Shown here: in pieces, positions 9,766 to 19,852 of the stretch
Position numbering within the stretch: position 1 is the stretch's first letter
Layout: every line of letters begins with the position of its first letter
Assembly: GCA_040770465.1 (NCBI GenBank)
Contig: JAXGJB010000001.1
Location: forward strand, 32,001 to 96,000
Direction of reading: 5' to 3'
Length of the DNA stretch: 64,000 nt
DNA from: Methanothrix sp.
Lineage (GTDB): Archaea > Halobacteriota > Methanosarcinia > Methanotrichales > Methanotrichaceae
Made by a program: the position numbers and the translations under genes
Notes under the pieces: generated by a model
What the model saw: the letters and a program-made list of their open reading frames with translations, nothing else
Database searches by the model: none
Told to the model about the DNA's origin: nothing

Positions 9766-9809
9766 ATCCGAGGTACTCCCAGATCTGGACCCATGATGCT
9801 CCCAGATCC
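9743..9809. repeat. Tandem duplication with 23-bp period spanning the AMP phosphorylase stop codon
   Basis: ATCCGAGGTACTCCCAGATCT at 9743-9763 and 9766-9786; degenerate third copy at 9789-9809. Confidence 0.85.
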
Positions 9810-9859
9810 GGAGTGTCGGTCGGAACGTTTTATAAGGTCGGTCTGGAGACGTAGGGGCC

Positions 9860-10708
9860 ATGTTGGTTGCCGTCATCTATCACCAGGATTTCGGGTCGAA
9901 GGGGCACAGCGTCCTCAAGCACCGGATCAAGCCCTCCTTTGAGGCGCTGGAGAGGTCAGGCCTCCTCGAAGGCGAAGAGGTTCAGGTCTTCAAACCCGAA
10001 CCTGCGCCCCTCGCCCTCGTCGAGAGGGCCCATACCCCAGAGCACATGGAGAGCATGAGGACCGAGTCTTACAACAAGATGTACTACGACGTCGCCCTCC
10101 TCTCGGCTGGAAGCGTCCTAAAAGCCTCCGAGATGGTGGCGAAGGGCGAGGCCGAGAACGCCTTCGCCTACACCGGCACCGCGGGCCACCACGCAAGCCC
10201 CGGAAGCTGCTGGGGGTTCTGCTACTTCAACGACGTCGCAATATCGATCTTGAGGCTGAGAGAGATGGGCCTAGCGAGGTTTCTGATCGTCGACGTCGAT
10301 CCCCACTTCGGCGACGGGACGAGAAACTTCTTCGGAGGCGACCCCGACGTCTACCACATAAACTTCAACCACCAGCAGAGCTCCAACTTCGACGGGAAGC
10401 TGAACAACTACGACATCGGTATCGGCTTCGACGCCGAAGACGAACAGTTCCTGAAAGAGCTTGAGAGCGCCATGGAGATGGCAAAAGACTTCGACTTTCA
10501 GATCTGTTTTGTGGTATTCGGCCACGACTCTCACGCCGACGACTACGGCGGCTTTGAGCTCACCTCGGCCGTCTATCCCAGGATGGCGAGGATCATAAAG
10601 GAGGCCGCGGGCGACAGGGGTATCGTCTTCGTCCTCAGCGGAGGGTCGGTCCCCGAGGTGGCGTCGAAGGCCATCCCCGAGGTGATAGCGGTCCTGGCGG
10701 GGAGGTGA
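9860..10708 (+). CDS. Histone deacetylase/AcuC family protein
   Basis: GHHA, GFCYFND, DVDPHFGDG, GHDSHADD. Confidence 0.9.
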   Translation: MLVAVIYHQDFGSKGHSVLKHRIKPSFEALERSGLLEGEEVQVFKPEPAPLALVERAHTPEHMESMRTESYNKMYYDVALLSAGSVLKASEMVAKGEAENAFAYTGTAGHHASPGSCWGFCYFNDVAISILRLREMGLARFLIVDVDPHFGDGTRNFFGGDPDVYHINFNHQQSSNFDGKLNNYDIGIGFDAEDEQFLKELESAMEMAKDFDFQICFVVFGHDSHADDYGGFELTSAVYPRMARIIKEAAGDRGIVFVLSGGSVPEVASKAIPEVIAVLAGR

Positions 10709-10712
10709 CGCC

Positions 10713-11570
10713 GTGAAGATGGCCTCCAACTGCTACAGCTGCATCCTCGACCGGGCCAAGTTCGAGTGCGACCTGCTATTCTCCGACGATGTCGAGAAGA
10801 TAGAGGCGATGGAGGAGCTCCTCGACTTCATGGTCTCTCACAAAAGAGAGGTCCCCTCGGTGGTGGGGACCGAGAGGGAGAGGATCATGAAGAGGAGGAG
10901 CAAAAACCCCGATCCATACCGGGAGATGAAGGCCGAGAGCAACCTCGTTGCCTCAAAGCTTCTGCCTCTTACAGAACGGTTTTATCGGGAGTCCGAGGAC
11001 AAGCTTGAGGCCCTGATCAGGATCGCCGCCGCAGCAAACTCCATGGAGTGGGGGGTCAAAGGCCACGACTTCGACAACAACTCTTTTGAGGGGGTCTTCC
11101 TCGACACCCTGAACGAGAACCTCGACGGCGACCTGGAAGAGGCCCGCCGTCGTATAGACCGGTTCGAGACGATCCTTTACCTCACCGACAACGCCGGGGA
11201 GGTGGTCTTCGACCTCTTCGTCATCGATAAGCTGGAAGAGATGAATAAGTCCGTCGTCATCGGTCCAAAGACCGCGCCCATATTAAACGACGTCACCGCC
11301 GCTGAGCTTCGGCCGATGACCGACCTTGCCATCGAGCCGACGGGTCCGGTCATCGGCCTATCCCTGGAGAACGTGCGCCCCGAGCTACTCGACATTCTCA
11401 AAGACGAGAGCGTCCTCGTCATCGCCAAGGGGATGGGCAACTTCGAGACGATGACCGAGTTCGACGATATGCTGAAGGGAAGGCTCATCTACGTCATGAG
11501 GGCCAAGTGCGAGCCCGTCTCCATGAGGGTGGGGGCGCCCCGGGGAAGCCTGGTGGTGAGGGCGGTCTAG
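10713..11570 (+). CDS. Damage-control phosphatase, ARMT1/DUF89 family
   Basis: N-terminal CxxC, DPY, TDNAGEVVFD, KGMGNFE, AKC. Confidence 0.9.
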   Translation: MKMASNCYSCILDRAKFECDLLFSDDVEKIEAMEELLDFMVSHKREVPSVVGTERERIMKRRSKNPDPYREMKAESNLVASKLLPLTERFYRESEDKLEALIRIAAAANSMEWGVKGHDFDNNSFEGVFLDTLNENLDGDLEEARRRIDRFETILYLTDNAGEVVFDLFVIDKLEEMNKSVVIGPKTAPILNDVTAAELRPMTDLAIEPTGPVIGLSLENVRPELLDILKDESVLVIAKGMGNFETMTEFDDMLKGRLIYVMRAKCEPVSMRVGAPRGSLVVRAV

Positions 11571-11625
11571 CCTTTCATGGAGGGCTATTAGGACTATTGA
11601 AGTTCATCCTGGCCCGAGGGCCGTC

Positions 11626-12315
11626 TCATCCGTAGCCGGCGTTGCGGTCCTCCTCACGCGGACGGCCCCTCTTGGGCGGAGCTTCCTCCTCCCGCTTCCT
11701 CCAGCCAAGGATCTCCGTGGGCACGTTCAGCTCCAGAAGATCGCTTGCGGCCTCGATCAGATGCTCGGCGGCCGCGAGGTCCACTCCCTTCTTCCCGTCG
11801 GTCTTCCCCATGAGACAGACGCCCCTAATCCCATAGAAGGGGCAGAGGCCGACGAGGATCCCGTTGAGCCCGCCCACGATCCCGTTCCGGAGAAGGGCGA
11901 TGCCGCCCTCTTCAAGGGCAATAGCCAGCTCGGAGTCCGTGGCCACGCCGAAGATCCTCTCCTCGGAGCTTCCTACGTAGGCTGCAAGGGTGACCAGGTC
12001 GGTCACATCGTAAGACCGCAAGGCCTTCAGGATCTCTCCGGCCAGGTTGTACATGAAGGGCGGCTTCAGGGGTTGGGCGTCCCCGCAGAGGATTATGAGG
12101 TCGTCTCTTCCCTCCGGGGCTTTCAGCTCCACCTGGAGGGCCCTTGCGATCCCTCCTTCGACGGACACTTCGGGCGGAAACCCGGTGGAGACCATAAGCT
12201 GGAAGGTCGCGCACTCCAGGGCCGCGGCTATGTAGTCGGCGGCCACCTTCCCGACGCTTCCGATGCCGGGCATCCCGCCGATGCAGACGCAGTCGCCGAA
12301 GATTTTTTTGGACAT
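11626..12315 (-). CDS. Proteasome assembly chaperone (PAC2) family protein
   Basis: GMPGIGSVGKVAADY, GFPP, GDAQP, GGLNGIL. Confidence 0.85.
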   Translation of the reverse strand: MSKKIFGDCVCIGGMPGIGSVGKVAADYIAAALECATFQLMVSTGFPPEVSVEGGIARALQVELKAPEGRDDLIILCGDAQPLKPPFMYNLAGEILKALRSYDVTDLVTLAAYVGSSEERIFGVATDSELAIALEEGGIALLRNGIVGGLNGILVGLCPFYGIRGVCLMGKTDGKKGVDLAAAEHLIEAASDLLELNVPTEILGWRKREEEAPPKRGRPREEDRNAGYG

Positions 12316-12334
12316 GGTAGTATGGGAGGCGTCT

Positions 12335-12928
12335 TCAGTGGCCGACCGCCCTTATGATCCAGTTCACGGGCACAAGCTCCTCAGAACCGTTGATCTCGAT
12401 CTCCGCGGAGAAGAGCTCACCAGTCCGCATATCATAGAAGTACGAGTTGTTCTCAACCTCGTTTGGGTCCACTCCTACCCAAACGGCTCCCCGATCGTAG
12501 AAGCATACATAGAAATCGCCATTTATGGGTATGGAGGGAACTTCAATTACGCCGACCATCGGCTGTCCCTGATTGGCGAAATATGGGAGGTAATAATCTG
12601 CGAACCTGTAGAGGAGTTTCAGGCTCTCGTCCCTGATCTCCATTGATATGATCCGCTCTTCAGGTAGCGTATCGTTCGAATCATAAGGGACAAGGCTCAG
12701 GATGTGAACGGCATCGAGGGTCCAGCTCGGCCTCGAAGGCGTGAACTTCACCGCTTCTGCAACATTCAGAAATCCCGGGCTACGATAGGTGGCAACGTTG
12801 ACTACGGTTTCATTCCCGCTGTCCTGGATCAACAACTCCTGACCGATCTCTTGGGCAGCAGATGAGCCGACCATTAAGATGATAGCCAGACAATATAGAC
12901 CCGCCAAAAGCGAGATCGTCTTCTTCAA
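12335..12928 (-). CDS. Secreted hypothetical protein
   Basis: Probable TTG start at 12928 after a GGTGA RBS: MKKTISLLAGLYCLAIILMVGSSAA-Q signal peptide; acidic, beta-rich body. Confidence 0.7.
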   Translation of the reverse strand: MKKTISLLAGLYCLAIILMVGSSAAQEIGQELLIQDSGNETVVNVATYRSPGFLNVAEAVKFTPSRPSWTLDAVHILSLVPYDSNDTLPEERIISMEIRDESLKLLYRFADYYLPYFANQGQPMVGVIEVPSIPINGDFYVCFYDRGAVWVGVDPNEVENNSYFYDMRTGELFSAEIEINGSEELVPVNWIIRAVGH

Positions 12929-13071
12929 AGGATCACCATGCCCATTTGGACCGTCGAATATATAGATGATGGCAGCTAAAGAGCCCATTATATTTCTCAT
13001 GAAAAATGTAATAATTGAGGGGGTGAAGACCGCACTGTGGTGGGTCTTCCACCCCCTTCCCTCTCTCTCCT

Positions 13072-14871
13072 TTAAAGCGGCACCGTCCCGGTGTGGCAGA
13101 GGTTCTGCCTGATCATGGGCCACTCGAGATCTCCGAAGGCGTCGGAGATCTCCCAGATGTAGATCCGGGCGTCGTCGGATCCTGCCACCATCTCCAGGGT
13201 GCCGTCACCGTCGAGGTCTCCGAAGGCCGGCGTGGTATCGACGTTCCCGAGGGTCGCCTTGGGGAAATCCGGAACCTCGGTCCCGTCCAGCTTCCAGGCG
13301 TGAACCCTGTTGTCCCTGGATGCTCCCATTATCTCCTGCTGACCGTCGCCGTCGATGTCGCCGAGGGCGACGTGCTTGACGTATCCACCCGTCTGGATGG
13401 GAAAGCCCGGATAATCGGAGCCGTCGCTCTTCCAGAGGTAGAGCCTGCCATCGGTGGCGCCTGCCGCCATCTCGACGGTTCCGTCACCGTCCACGTCTCC
13501 TGCGGCCATGAGGCTGTCCTGGAGCGAGCCGCTCGTCTTTCGCGGAAACTGCCTTTTATCTTCCCCTTCCTGGGTCAGGGCGTAGAGGCCGTCCGCCGCT
13601 CCGATGATGATCTCGAGGCTGCCGTCACCATCGAGGTCTGCCAGAATCGGAGAGGAGTATCCTACGGCGCTCCCCGTAAAGTCGGTGAGGCTGGGGCTGT
13701 TAAGGTCGACGGGAAATTCCAGAAGGGGATATCCATCGCATTTCACGGCGTAAACCTGGCCGGTGTACGAGCCCATAAGGCTCACCAACATGCTTATGAT
13801 GTCCTCCCCTGTCTTCTTGGAGCCTACGACGATCTCGAGGCTGCCGTCGCCGTCGAGATCGGCGATGGCCGGTGACGACCAGACCGAGTTTGCGGTGATC
13901 ACCGGAAAGCCACAGACGGGCGATCCGTCGGCGTTGAAGGCGTATATCCCCCTGTCGTTCGACCCCACCACGACCTCGAGGCTGCCGTCGCCGTCGAGGT
14001 CGCCTGCTGCCGGCGAAGACGCGATGTCGTTGGAGGTCAGCTTGGGGAAGCCGGCGAGAGGCTCACCCTGACCGTTCCAGGCGTAGAGCTTGCCGTCGTC
14101 GGAGCCGACGACGATATCCAGGGAACCGTCACCGTCCAGGTCTGCAACGGCTGGCGAGGAGCGGATGTGGTCTTCCGCCGCCGTCGGGAACCCGGCCACC
14201 CTGGTGGCGTCCTCGTTGAAGACGTAGAGCATCCCCTCGTTCGTCCCCACGATGATCTCAAGCTCGCCGTCACCGTCGACGTCGGCAAGAGCCGGCGAGG
14301 ACCAGATCGGCTTTGCGGTCTGAATCCAGTCTCCGGTGACGGTTTCATCTATGGGAAGAACGACAAAAGAGTCAATGAAGCTGCTGAAGTAGAGGAGGTC
14401 GGCTCTCCTGTACTCCGACTGGTCTGCACTGCAGGATATGTGGTAGATCAGCTCGTCGCCCATCAAGAAGACGTCTTTTCTGATTTTGGAGCTATCATCG
14501 TCTTCAAGGAGGTACTCCCTCTCCAGGGACGAGGCGCCGTTTATCTCCCTGGATACGGTGCTCATCACCTCGAAATGATCGCAGGATTCTTCGTAGTCCG
14601 ATTCGGTCCTGGAGGCAAACCTCTCCAGCGATAGTCCTCTCTGCTCCGAGGCCCCGACTATGATCGTCATTATGCCGACGGCTGAGAACGTGGCCACCGG
14701 ATCTTCGACTCCAGTGGTGCTCGTTGGAACAACGTCGATATCCAGCTCTCTTGGGTACTCCACGGAGAAGCCGTACTCAAGGCTGTTGAACTCCTCTGTC
14801 TGGGCGCTTGCTGGTACGAGAACAAACGCCGAAAAGGCCAACACCAATGCTATATCTTTAAAATTCTTCAT
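13072..14871 (-). CDS. Secreted FG-GAP/VCBS-repeat beta-propeller protein with a PsbP-like N-terminal domain
   Basis: Signal peptide; YGFSVEYP; ~8 repeats of SSPAxADLDGDGxLEIVVG...GFP. Confidence 0.88.
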   Translation of the reverse strand: MKNFKDIALVLAFSAFVLVPASAQTEEFNSLEYGFSVEYPRELDIDVVPTSTTGVEDPVATFSAVGIMTIIVGASEQRGLSLERFASRTESDYEESCDHFEVMSTVSREINGASSLEREYLLEDDDSSKIRKDVFLMGDELIYHISCSADQSEYRRADLLYFSSFIDSFVVLPIDETVTGDWIQTAKPIWSSPALADVDGDGELEIIVGTNEGMLYVFNEDATRVAGFPTAAEDHIRSSPAVADLDGDGSLDIVVGSDDGKLYAWNGQGEPLAGFPKLTSNDIASSPAAGDLDGDGSLEVVVGSNDRGIYAFNADGSPVCGFPVITANSVWSSPAIADLDGDGSLEIVVGSKKTGEDIISMLVSLMGSYTGQVYAVKCDGYPLLEFPVDLNSPSLTDFTGSAVGYSSPILADLDGDGSLEIIIGAADGLYALTQEGEDKRQFPRKTSGSLQDSLMAAGDVDGDGTVEMAAGATDGRLYLWKSDGSDYPGFPIQTGGYVKHVALGDIDGDGQQEIMGASRDNRVHAWKLDGTEVPDFPKATLGNVDTTPAFGDLDGDGTLEMVAGSDDARIYIWEISDAFGDLEWPMIRQNLCHTGTVPL

Positions 14872-16367
14872 AGACTCACTTCCAGGTTGCTGAGGTTCAC
14901 AAGACCGTAGCCGTATATGTCGTCGGGACCCAGTGGTCCCAGGTCTGTGGCGCTATCCATCAGGACCTTTTCGACGTCCAGATCCGGATCGTCCTTGAAC
15001 GCCTCCATGATCAGGGCGGCGCATCCCGCCACGTACGGTGCGGATGCCGAGGTTCCTGCAAAGCCGTTGGAAATGTAAGAGTATGTCGTGACGTTGTCTG
15101 GGGCCACCAGATCCGGTTTTTGTCGACCGTCCACAGTAGGACCCCTGGAGCTGTAGGGCTCGATCTCCATCGTCGAGATGTTGATCGCCCCCACCGTTAT
15201 CACGTTTCGGCAGCAGCCCATGACCCCTATGCTGGAGTTTTGAATCTGGTGCTCATCCAGGTCCTGAGTGGTGAAGAGGTGGAGACGAATCGGAGATTTC
15301 TGATCGCCGGCATCGTCGTATCTCCTTATCTTTATCTGATAGGTCCCATCCTCCGGAGCCACGAGGTATATCGTCTCCAGTGGCCTCTGGTCCCGGTAGC
15401 CTTTCTGGAGGTTGTTTGAGGTCGAGTGACCACGGACCGGATGGTCTAGGCGCAGATCGTAGTCCAGGGCAGCAGCATCCCAGTCATCGTCCCAGCTCAG
15501 CCAGATCCTGGCGATGTTCCCTTCCTCCAGGGTCAGATTTATGCTCTCATCTTCAGGCGAGAAGTTGTTAAAACCGTTCCCATCGGGGTCATTGAACTCT
15601 CCGGACCAGTGGCATCTCGCCTGATTTCCCGCGGAGTTGATCCATAAGGTCCCGTTGGCTGTCATCTTCGCGATCTCTTCGCATATGTCGTCCTCCCCGT
15701 CGAACCTGCCGAAGGGAAAGTCCGATGAGCAGGATACGATGTCGATATGCTCGTCCAGCTCCAGCAGCCTCTCTATCGCGTCGGTGACACCTTCTTCGTC
15801 ATCTCCCGCGTCCACCAGGTAGAGTTTGACCTCGGGGGCTATCTCGGAGATCAGCTCCGCACATGCGATCCCATGGACCTCATATTTGCGGTAGCTGTCA
15901 TTGTAGAAGGGGACTATATCGCGGGTGAGCTTCTCTGCGGTCTCGTTGTCGTAGTAGAACTGGCTGTCCAGGATGGCGATCGTCACCCCTTTCCCCGTTA
16001 TGTTCCTATCGTGAAGGGCGGATATCCCCGTGAGATCCATCATCAGGCTGACAGAATGATAGTCGAGCATCGCCTCCGCCTCTTCTTCGTCGCCAGATCC
16101 GTCCTCGTCCAACAATTCGCCTTCGTCAACAGGTCCAGCTTCGTCAACAGATTCTGACCCGTCGGGATCCAGGACTTCGAAGCTCGGGAGGAGGTAAGGC
16201 AAACTGCCGGAGACGATCTCCATACATCCTGACTGGTCGCTGATATCGGTGGTGATGGGGTCATCGAGCCTGATGGGCGAATCGTCATCGCAGATCACAG
16301 ATGTCGATAAGGCTGCGAGGATCGCCAGGGCCGAAATGCAGATGGCTATAAGCGATGTATCTCTCAT
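14868..16367 (-). CDS. Secreted S8 (subtilase) serine peptidase with an inserted PPC-like domain
   Basis: Triad AILDS / VHG / GTSASAPYVAG, oxyanion NSAGN, YSSRGP, KPDLVAP. Signal peptide starts at ATG 16367; 4-nt overlap with the FG-GAP gene. Confidence 0.9.
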   Translation of the reverse strand: MRDTSLIAICISALAILAALSTSVICDDDSPIRLDDPITTDISDQSGCMEIVSGSLPYLLPSFEVLDPDGSESVDEAGPVDEGELLDEDGSGDEEEAEAMLDYHSVSLMMDLTGISALHDRNITGKGVTIAILDSQFYYDNETAEKLTRDIVPFYNDSYRKYEVHGIACAELISEIAPEVKLYLVDAGDDEEGVTDAIERLLELDEHIDIVSCSSDFPFGRFDGEDDICEEIAKMTANGTLWINSAGNQARCHWSGEFNDPDGNGFNNFSPEDESINLTLEEGNIARIWLSWDDDWDAAALDYDLRLDHPVRGHSTSNNLQKGYRDQRPLETIYLVAPEDGTYQIKIRRYDDAGDQKSPIRLHLFTTQDLDEHQIQNSSIGVMGCCRNVITVGAINISTMEIEPYSSRGPTVDGRQKPDLVAPDNVTTYSYISNGFAGTSASAPYVAGCAALIMEAFKDDPDLDVEKVLMDSATDLGPLGPDDIYGYGLVNLSNLEVSL

Positions 16368-16627
16368 GGGAACCGTCACGTCCGTCTTAATTTCCAGCTG
16401 ATGATTGGCATGTATTCTATATAAGCATATCTCTGGGAAGCCGTGTATCAAACTTCATTCTTTTTAAAGGCAAACAAAGCATGCTCGGGTTTATTTGATT
16501 TGAGACCAAAAGAAGGTGGGTTTATTGTCAAGCCGGCGAGATTCTATATTTTTGAGGTTTCGCCCTGGGCAGATCTCGAAATATCTGACGCGAAAAGGGG
16601 ATCTACTCGTCTCTCCATCCACAGTCC

Positions 16628-17215
16628 ATGCGAAGCTTCGTAGTGGTGGGAAACCTCGCGACCACATCCCCAGACTTCTCCCTCGAGGACATACCCGGCA
16701 CCTCAGGAAGGATCGACATCCTCTGCAGGTGCATCAACTCCGCCTTCGTCCTCTCCCACGGGATCAGGAGGGACGTTGCGGTCTACCTAATCTTTCGCGG
16801 AGGTCCCGTCCCCAAGACGGTCCACCTCCGGGGCAGCGATCTCCGCCACCTCAACCCCGACGAGAGGACGACGGCGGCCCTGCTGAAGAAGGCCCTCGCC
16901 CTGGAGGCGGACTCCAATTGGACGAAGTCGACGCCGGGGATCTTCGTCCGGGCGGGGGACCTCGCGGACCTCGAGATCTATGAAGAGGGGAATACCTACT
17001 ATTTGAGAGAGGACGGATCCGACCATCGAGGCATGAGCTGGCCTGAGGACGGAACCTTCATCCTTGGAGACCATCTGGGCCTATCGGAGGAGGACGAGGC
17101 CTTCATCGCGGGGCTCGGGGCGGAGGTCGTCTCCGTAGGTCCGAAGAGCCTGCACGCAGACCACTGTATAGTGCTGATAAATAACGAGCTTGATAGAAGA
17201 GACGCATCAACATGA
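16628..17215 (+). CDS. trmY: tRNA (pseudouridine54-N1)-methyltransferase
   Basis: [34 protein letters not shown]. Confidence 0.93.
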   Translation: MRSFVVVGNLATTSPDFSLEDIPGTSGRIDILCRCINSAFVLSHGIRRDVAVYLIFRGGPVPKTVHLRGSDLRHLNPDERTTAALLKKALALEADSNWTKSTPGIFVRAGDLADLEIYEEGNTYYLREDGSDHRGMSWPEDGTFILGDHLGLSEEDEAFIAGLGAEVVSVGPKSLHADHCIVLINNELDRRDAST

Positions 17216-18582
17216 TCACCGATGATATTGAAAATGACGAAATGAAGAACGGCGTCGCCAACCTATCAGAGGTCGCGAGGAGAATCCTCCTCCTCGGCCC
17301 CATATGCGACAGCTGTCTTGGGCGGCAGTTCGCGATGCTCTCGACGGGTTTGACGAACGCTGAAAGGGGGGGCGCCATCAAGACCTTCCTCTCCATGGCC
17401 GGGTCTCTGGACGAATCGGGCCGCGAGATTCTGGAGGAGCTTGCTTTAAGCTCCAGGAACGCGAGGCTGAAGCTGGGCCTCGAGGATGAGCAGGAGCGGT
17501 GCTGGGTCTGTCTCGGAGAGATGGAGCCGGAGAGGCTGGACCGATGGGCCGAGCTCGCGGAGAGGGAGCTTCGCCACATCGAGCACGATACCTTCCTCGT
17601 CGGGACGAAGATGAGCGGCCTTCTCGCCGAGAACGAGGAGCTGGTCCTGGCGGACGGCGGATCTCTTCATGCTGAGCCGATGAAGTCGGAGCTGAACCGC
17701 GAGGTGGGAAAGAGGATCGCTGAGAGGACGAAGAAGAGCACAAGCTTCGGCTCTCCGGACGTCCTGGTGGTTCTGAACCTGGTGGATGGGGAGGTGATTG
17801 TCCAGGTCTCATCCCTCTACATCCTGGGCAGGTACCGAAAGCTGGTCCGGGGATTTCCCCAGACCAGGTGGCCCTGCCGCGAATGCAGAGGGAGCGGTTG
17901 CGAAGCTTGTGGCTTCACCGGCAAAAGGTACCCCGAGTCGGTGGACGAGCTGATCCGAGACCCCATCATCGAGGCCGCCAGGTGCGAGGACACCGTATTC
18001 CACGGCTCGGGAAGAGAGGACATCGACGCCCGGATGCTGGGGACGGGCAGGCCCTTCGTGGTGGAGGCGGTCTCCCCCCGGATCAGGACCCTGGACCTCG
18101 TCCGCCTCAAAGAGGAGATCAACCGTCGCGCAGCGGGTAAAGTGGAAGTCAGCGACCTCGAATTCACCGAGAAGGCGACTGTCGAGCACCTCAAGACCGC
18201 CCTATTCAATAAGAGCTACTCGATGCTGGTGGAATTCGCTGAAGATGTACCAGAAGAAAAGCTTAAATCAGTTCTGGACAAACTGGTCGGCCTGGTTGAA
18301 CAGCGCACGCCAACCCGAGTATCTCACCGGAGGGCCGACAAGGTCCGAAAGAGGGAGGTACTCGACCTCCGGCTCGACCAGCTCGCCGGAAAGACCGCCA
18401 GGATGACCCTCAGAGGGACGAGCGGCCTTTACGTAAAGGAGCTGGTATCCGGAGACGACGGCCGAACCGAGCCGAGCCTCGCGGGGCTTCTCGGAACCGC
18501 TGCGCGGGTGGCGGAGCTGGACGTAATAAACGTAGGTGGAGAGGCAGATGCCCAAGTCACACGGAGTACGAAAACGGACTAG
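17212..18582 (+). CDS. pus10: tRNA pseudouridine(54/55) synthase Pus10
   Basis: [46 protein letters not shown]. Confidence 0.95.
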   Translation: MITDDIENDEMKNGVANLSEVARRILLLGPICDSCLGRQFAMLSTGLTNAERGGAIKTFLSMAGSLDESGREILEELALSSRNARLKLGLEDEQERCWVCLGEMEPERLDRWAELAERELRHIEHDTFLVGTKMSGLLAENEELVLADGGSLHAEPMKSELNREVGKRIAERTKKSTSFGSPDVLVVLNLVDGEVIVQVSSLYILGRYRKLVRGFPQTRWPCRECRGSGCEACGFTGKRYPESVDELIRDPIIEAARCEDTVFHGSGREDIDARMLGTGRPFVVEAVSPRIRTLDLVRLKEEINRRAAGKVEVSDLEFTEKATVEHLKTALFNKSYSMLVEFAEDVPEEKLKSVLDKLVGLVEQRTPTRVSHRRADKVRKREVLDLRLDQLAGKTARMTLRGTSGLYVKELVSGDDGRTEPSLAGLLGTAARVAELDVINVGGEADAQVTRSTKTD

Positions 18583-18838
18583 AGACAGGCTGAGCAAATC
18601 GGTCAGAGCGCGGGGGATCTCCCCCGTAAGCAGGGCGATCCAGGACTTCGACGACGGCGATATGGTCCACATCGTTCTGGACCCAAGCATTCACAGGGGA
18701 ATGCCCAACCCCAAGTTCCACGGAAAGACCGGCAAAGTATTGGGCCGGAGGGGCAGGGCTTATGTGCTGGAAGTCAGCGATGGTAACGCCAAAAAGACGG
18801 TAATATCCCTGCCGGAACATCTGAAACCCCAGAATTGA
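18548..18838 (+). CDS. rpl21e: 50S ribosomal protein L21e
   Basis: [12 protein letters not shown]...[12 protein letters not shown]...PEHL; start at ATG 18548. Confidence 0.95.
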   Translation: MPKSHGVRKRTRDRLSKSVRARGISPVSRAIQDFDDGDMVHIVLDPSIHRGMPNPKFHGKTGKVLGRRGRAYVLEVSDGNAKKTVISLPEHLKPQN

Positions 18839-18839
18839 G

Positions 18840-19187
18840 ATGATAGTCAAAAAAATTTTGAGCGAGGATCTTATGACCCTCGCCGAGGTGAAGGAGGCTC
18901 TGGAGGAGATCAGGCTCAGAAGGGCTGAAGAGCCCGAAGAGCTCGGCTACGAGCTCAGAAGGGCGATAAAGCACGCAGAGATCTTCTCTCAGAGCGGAGC
19001 CGAAGAGAGCCGGAAGATCGCCAGAGAGCTGTTGGGGCTTGAGAAGATCACCCCGGAGATCGCGACCAAGATCGCAGACATCCGGCCGAAGACCAAAGAC
19101 GAGATCAGGGCTCTCTACGCCAAAGAGCGGTTCACCCTCGAAGACGAGGATCTCGAAGCGATCCTCGACGTAGTGGTGAGAGGATAA
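18840..19187 (+). CDS. rpo4: RNA polymerase subunit Rpo4 (RpoF)
   Basis: TLAEVKE, KIADIRP; conserved position after rpl21e. Confidence 0.9.
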   Translation: MIVKKILSEDLMTLAEVKEALEEIRLRRAEEPEELGYELRRAIKHAEIFSQSGAEESRKIARELLGLEKITPEIATKIADIRPKTKDEIRALYAKERFTLEDEDLEAILDVVVRG

Positions 19188-19209
19188 ACATCCGATTGAG
19201 AGGATAAGC

Positions 19210-19794
19210 ATGACCTCGGGCAGATCTCCACGGCGCGAAGAGATAGCTTGGGTTCTCGACTACCTCCCCTACGGCCACGTCTCGGACTCGATGGGCAGGT
19301 TCCAGAAGAGGCCCATCGTCCAGGGGGTGGGAGAAAGGGACTTTGTGCTGATGGAGATGACCCCCAAAGAGGGCGCTGTCCCGGAGATCGGCGTCAGGGT
19401 CGTGCTGGTTGGAAAAGACCGGCCGGTCATAGATCGGGTCAACCGCAGGATCGGCTACGAGGAGCTATCCCAGGGGGCTCGAGTCGAGCTTCCTTACGCT
19501 CTGCAGAAGATCGTCCTGGGGAAGGAGACGTTTTACCTCCGGTTCTTCAACGAGGCGGGACCCCTGACCACCAGGATGCACGCCCTGGAGCTGCTCCCCG
19601 GCATCGGCAAAAAGCTGATGTGGGCGGTCCTCAACGAGCGGAAGAAGGGCCCCTTCAAGAGCTTTGAAGACCTCTCGGAGCGGGTGAAGGGGATCTACAA
19701 CCCCGAGAAGCTTCTGGCTAAAAGGATCGAGGACGAGATCGCCGACGACCGGATCAAGTACCGGATCTTCACCGCAGACCCGCGCCGACGATGA
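19210..19794 (+). CDS. DUF655 nucleic-acid-binding protein
   Basis: VLDYLPYG, RMHALELLPGIGKK (HhH); conserved rpo4-DUF655-rsmA order. Confidence 0.92.
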   Translation: MTSGRSPRREEIAWVLDYLPYGHVSDSMGRFQKRPIVQGVGERDFVLMEMTPKEGAVPEIGVRVVLVGKDRPVIDRVNRRIGYEELSQGARVELPYALQKIVLGKETFYLRFFNEAGPLTTRMHALELLPGIGKKLMWAVLNERKKGPFKSFEDLSERVKGIYNPEKLLAKRIEDEIADDRIKYRIFTADPRRR

Positions 19795-19852
19795 GAAGAA
19801 TGGGGTTGACCACGCCAGAAGGCCCCGAACTTTTGATACCCGATTTTTCGAG

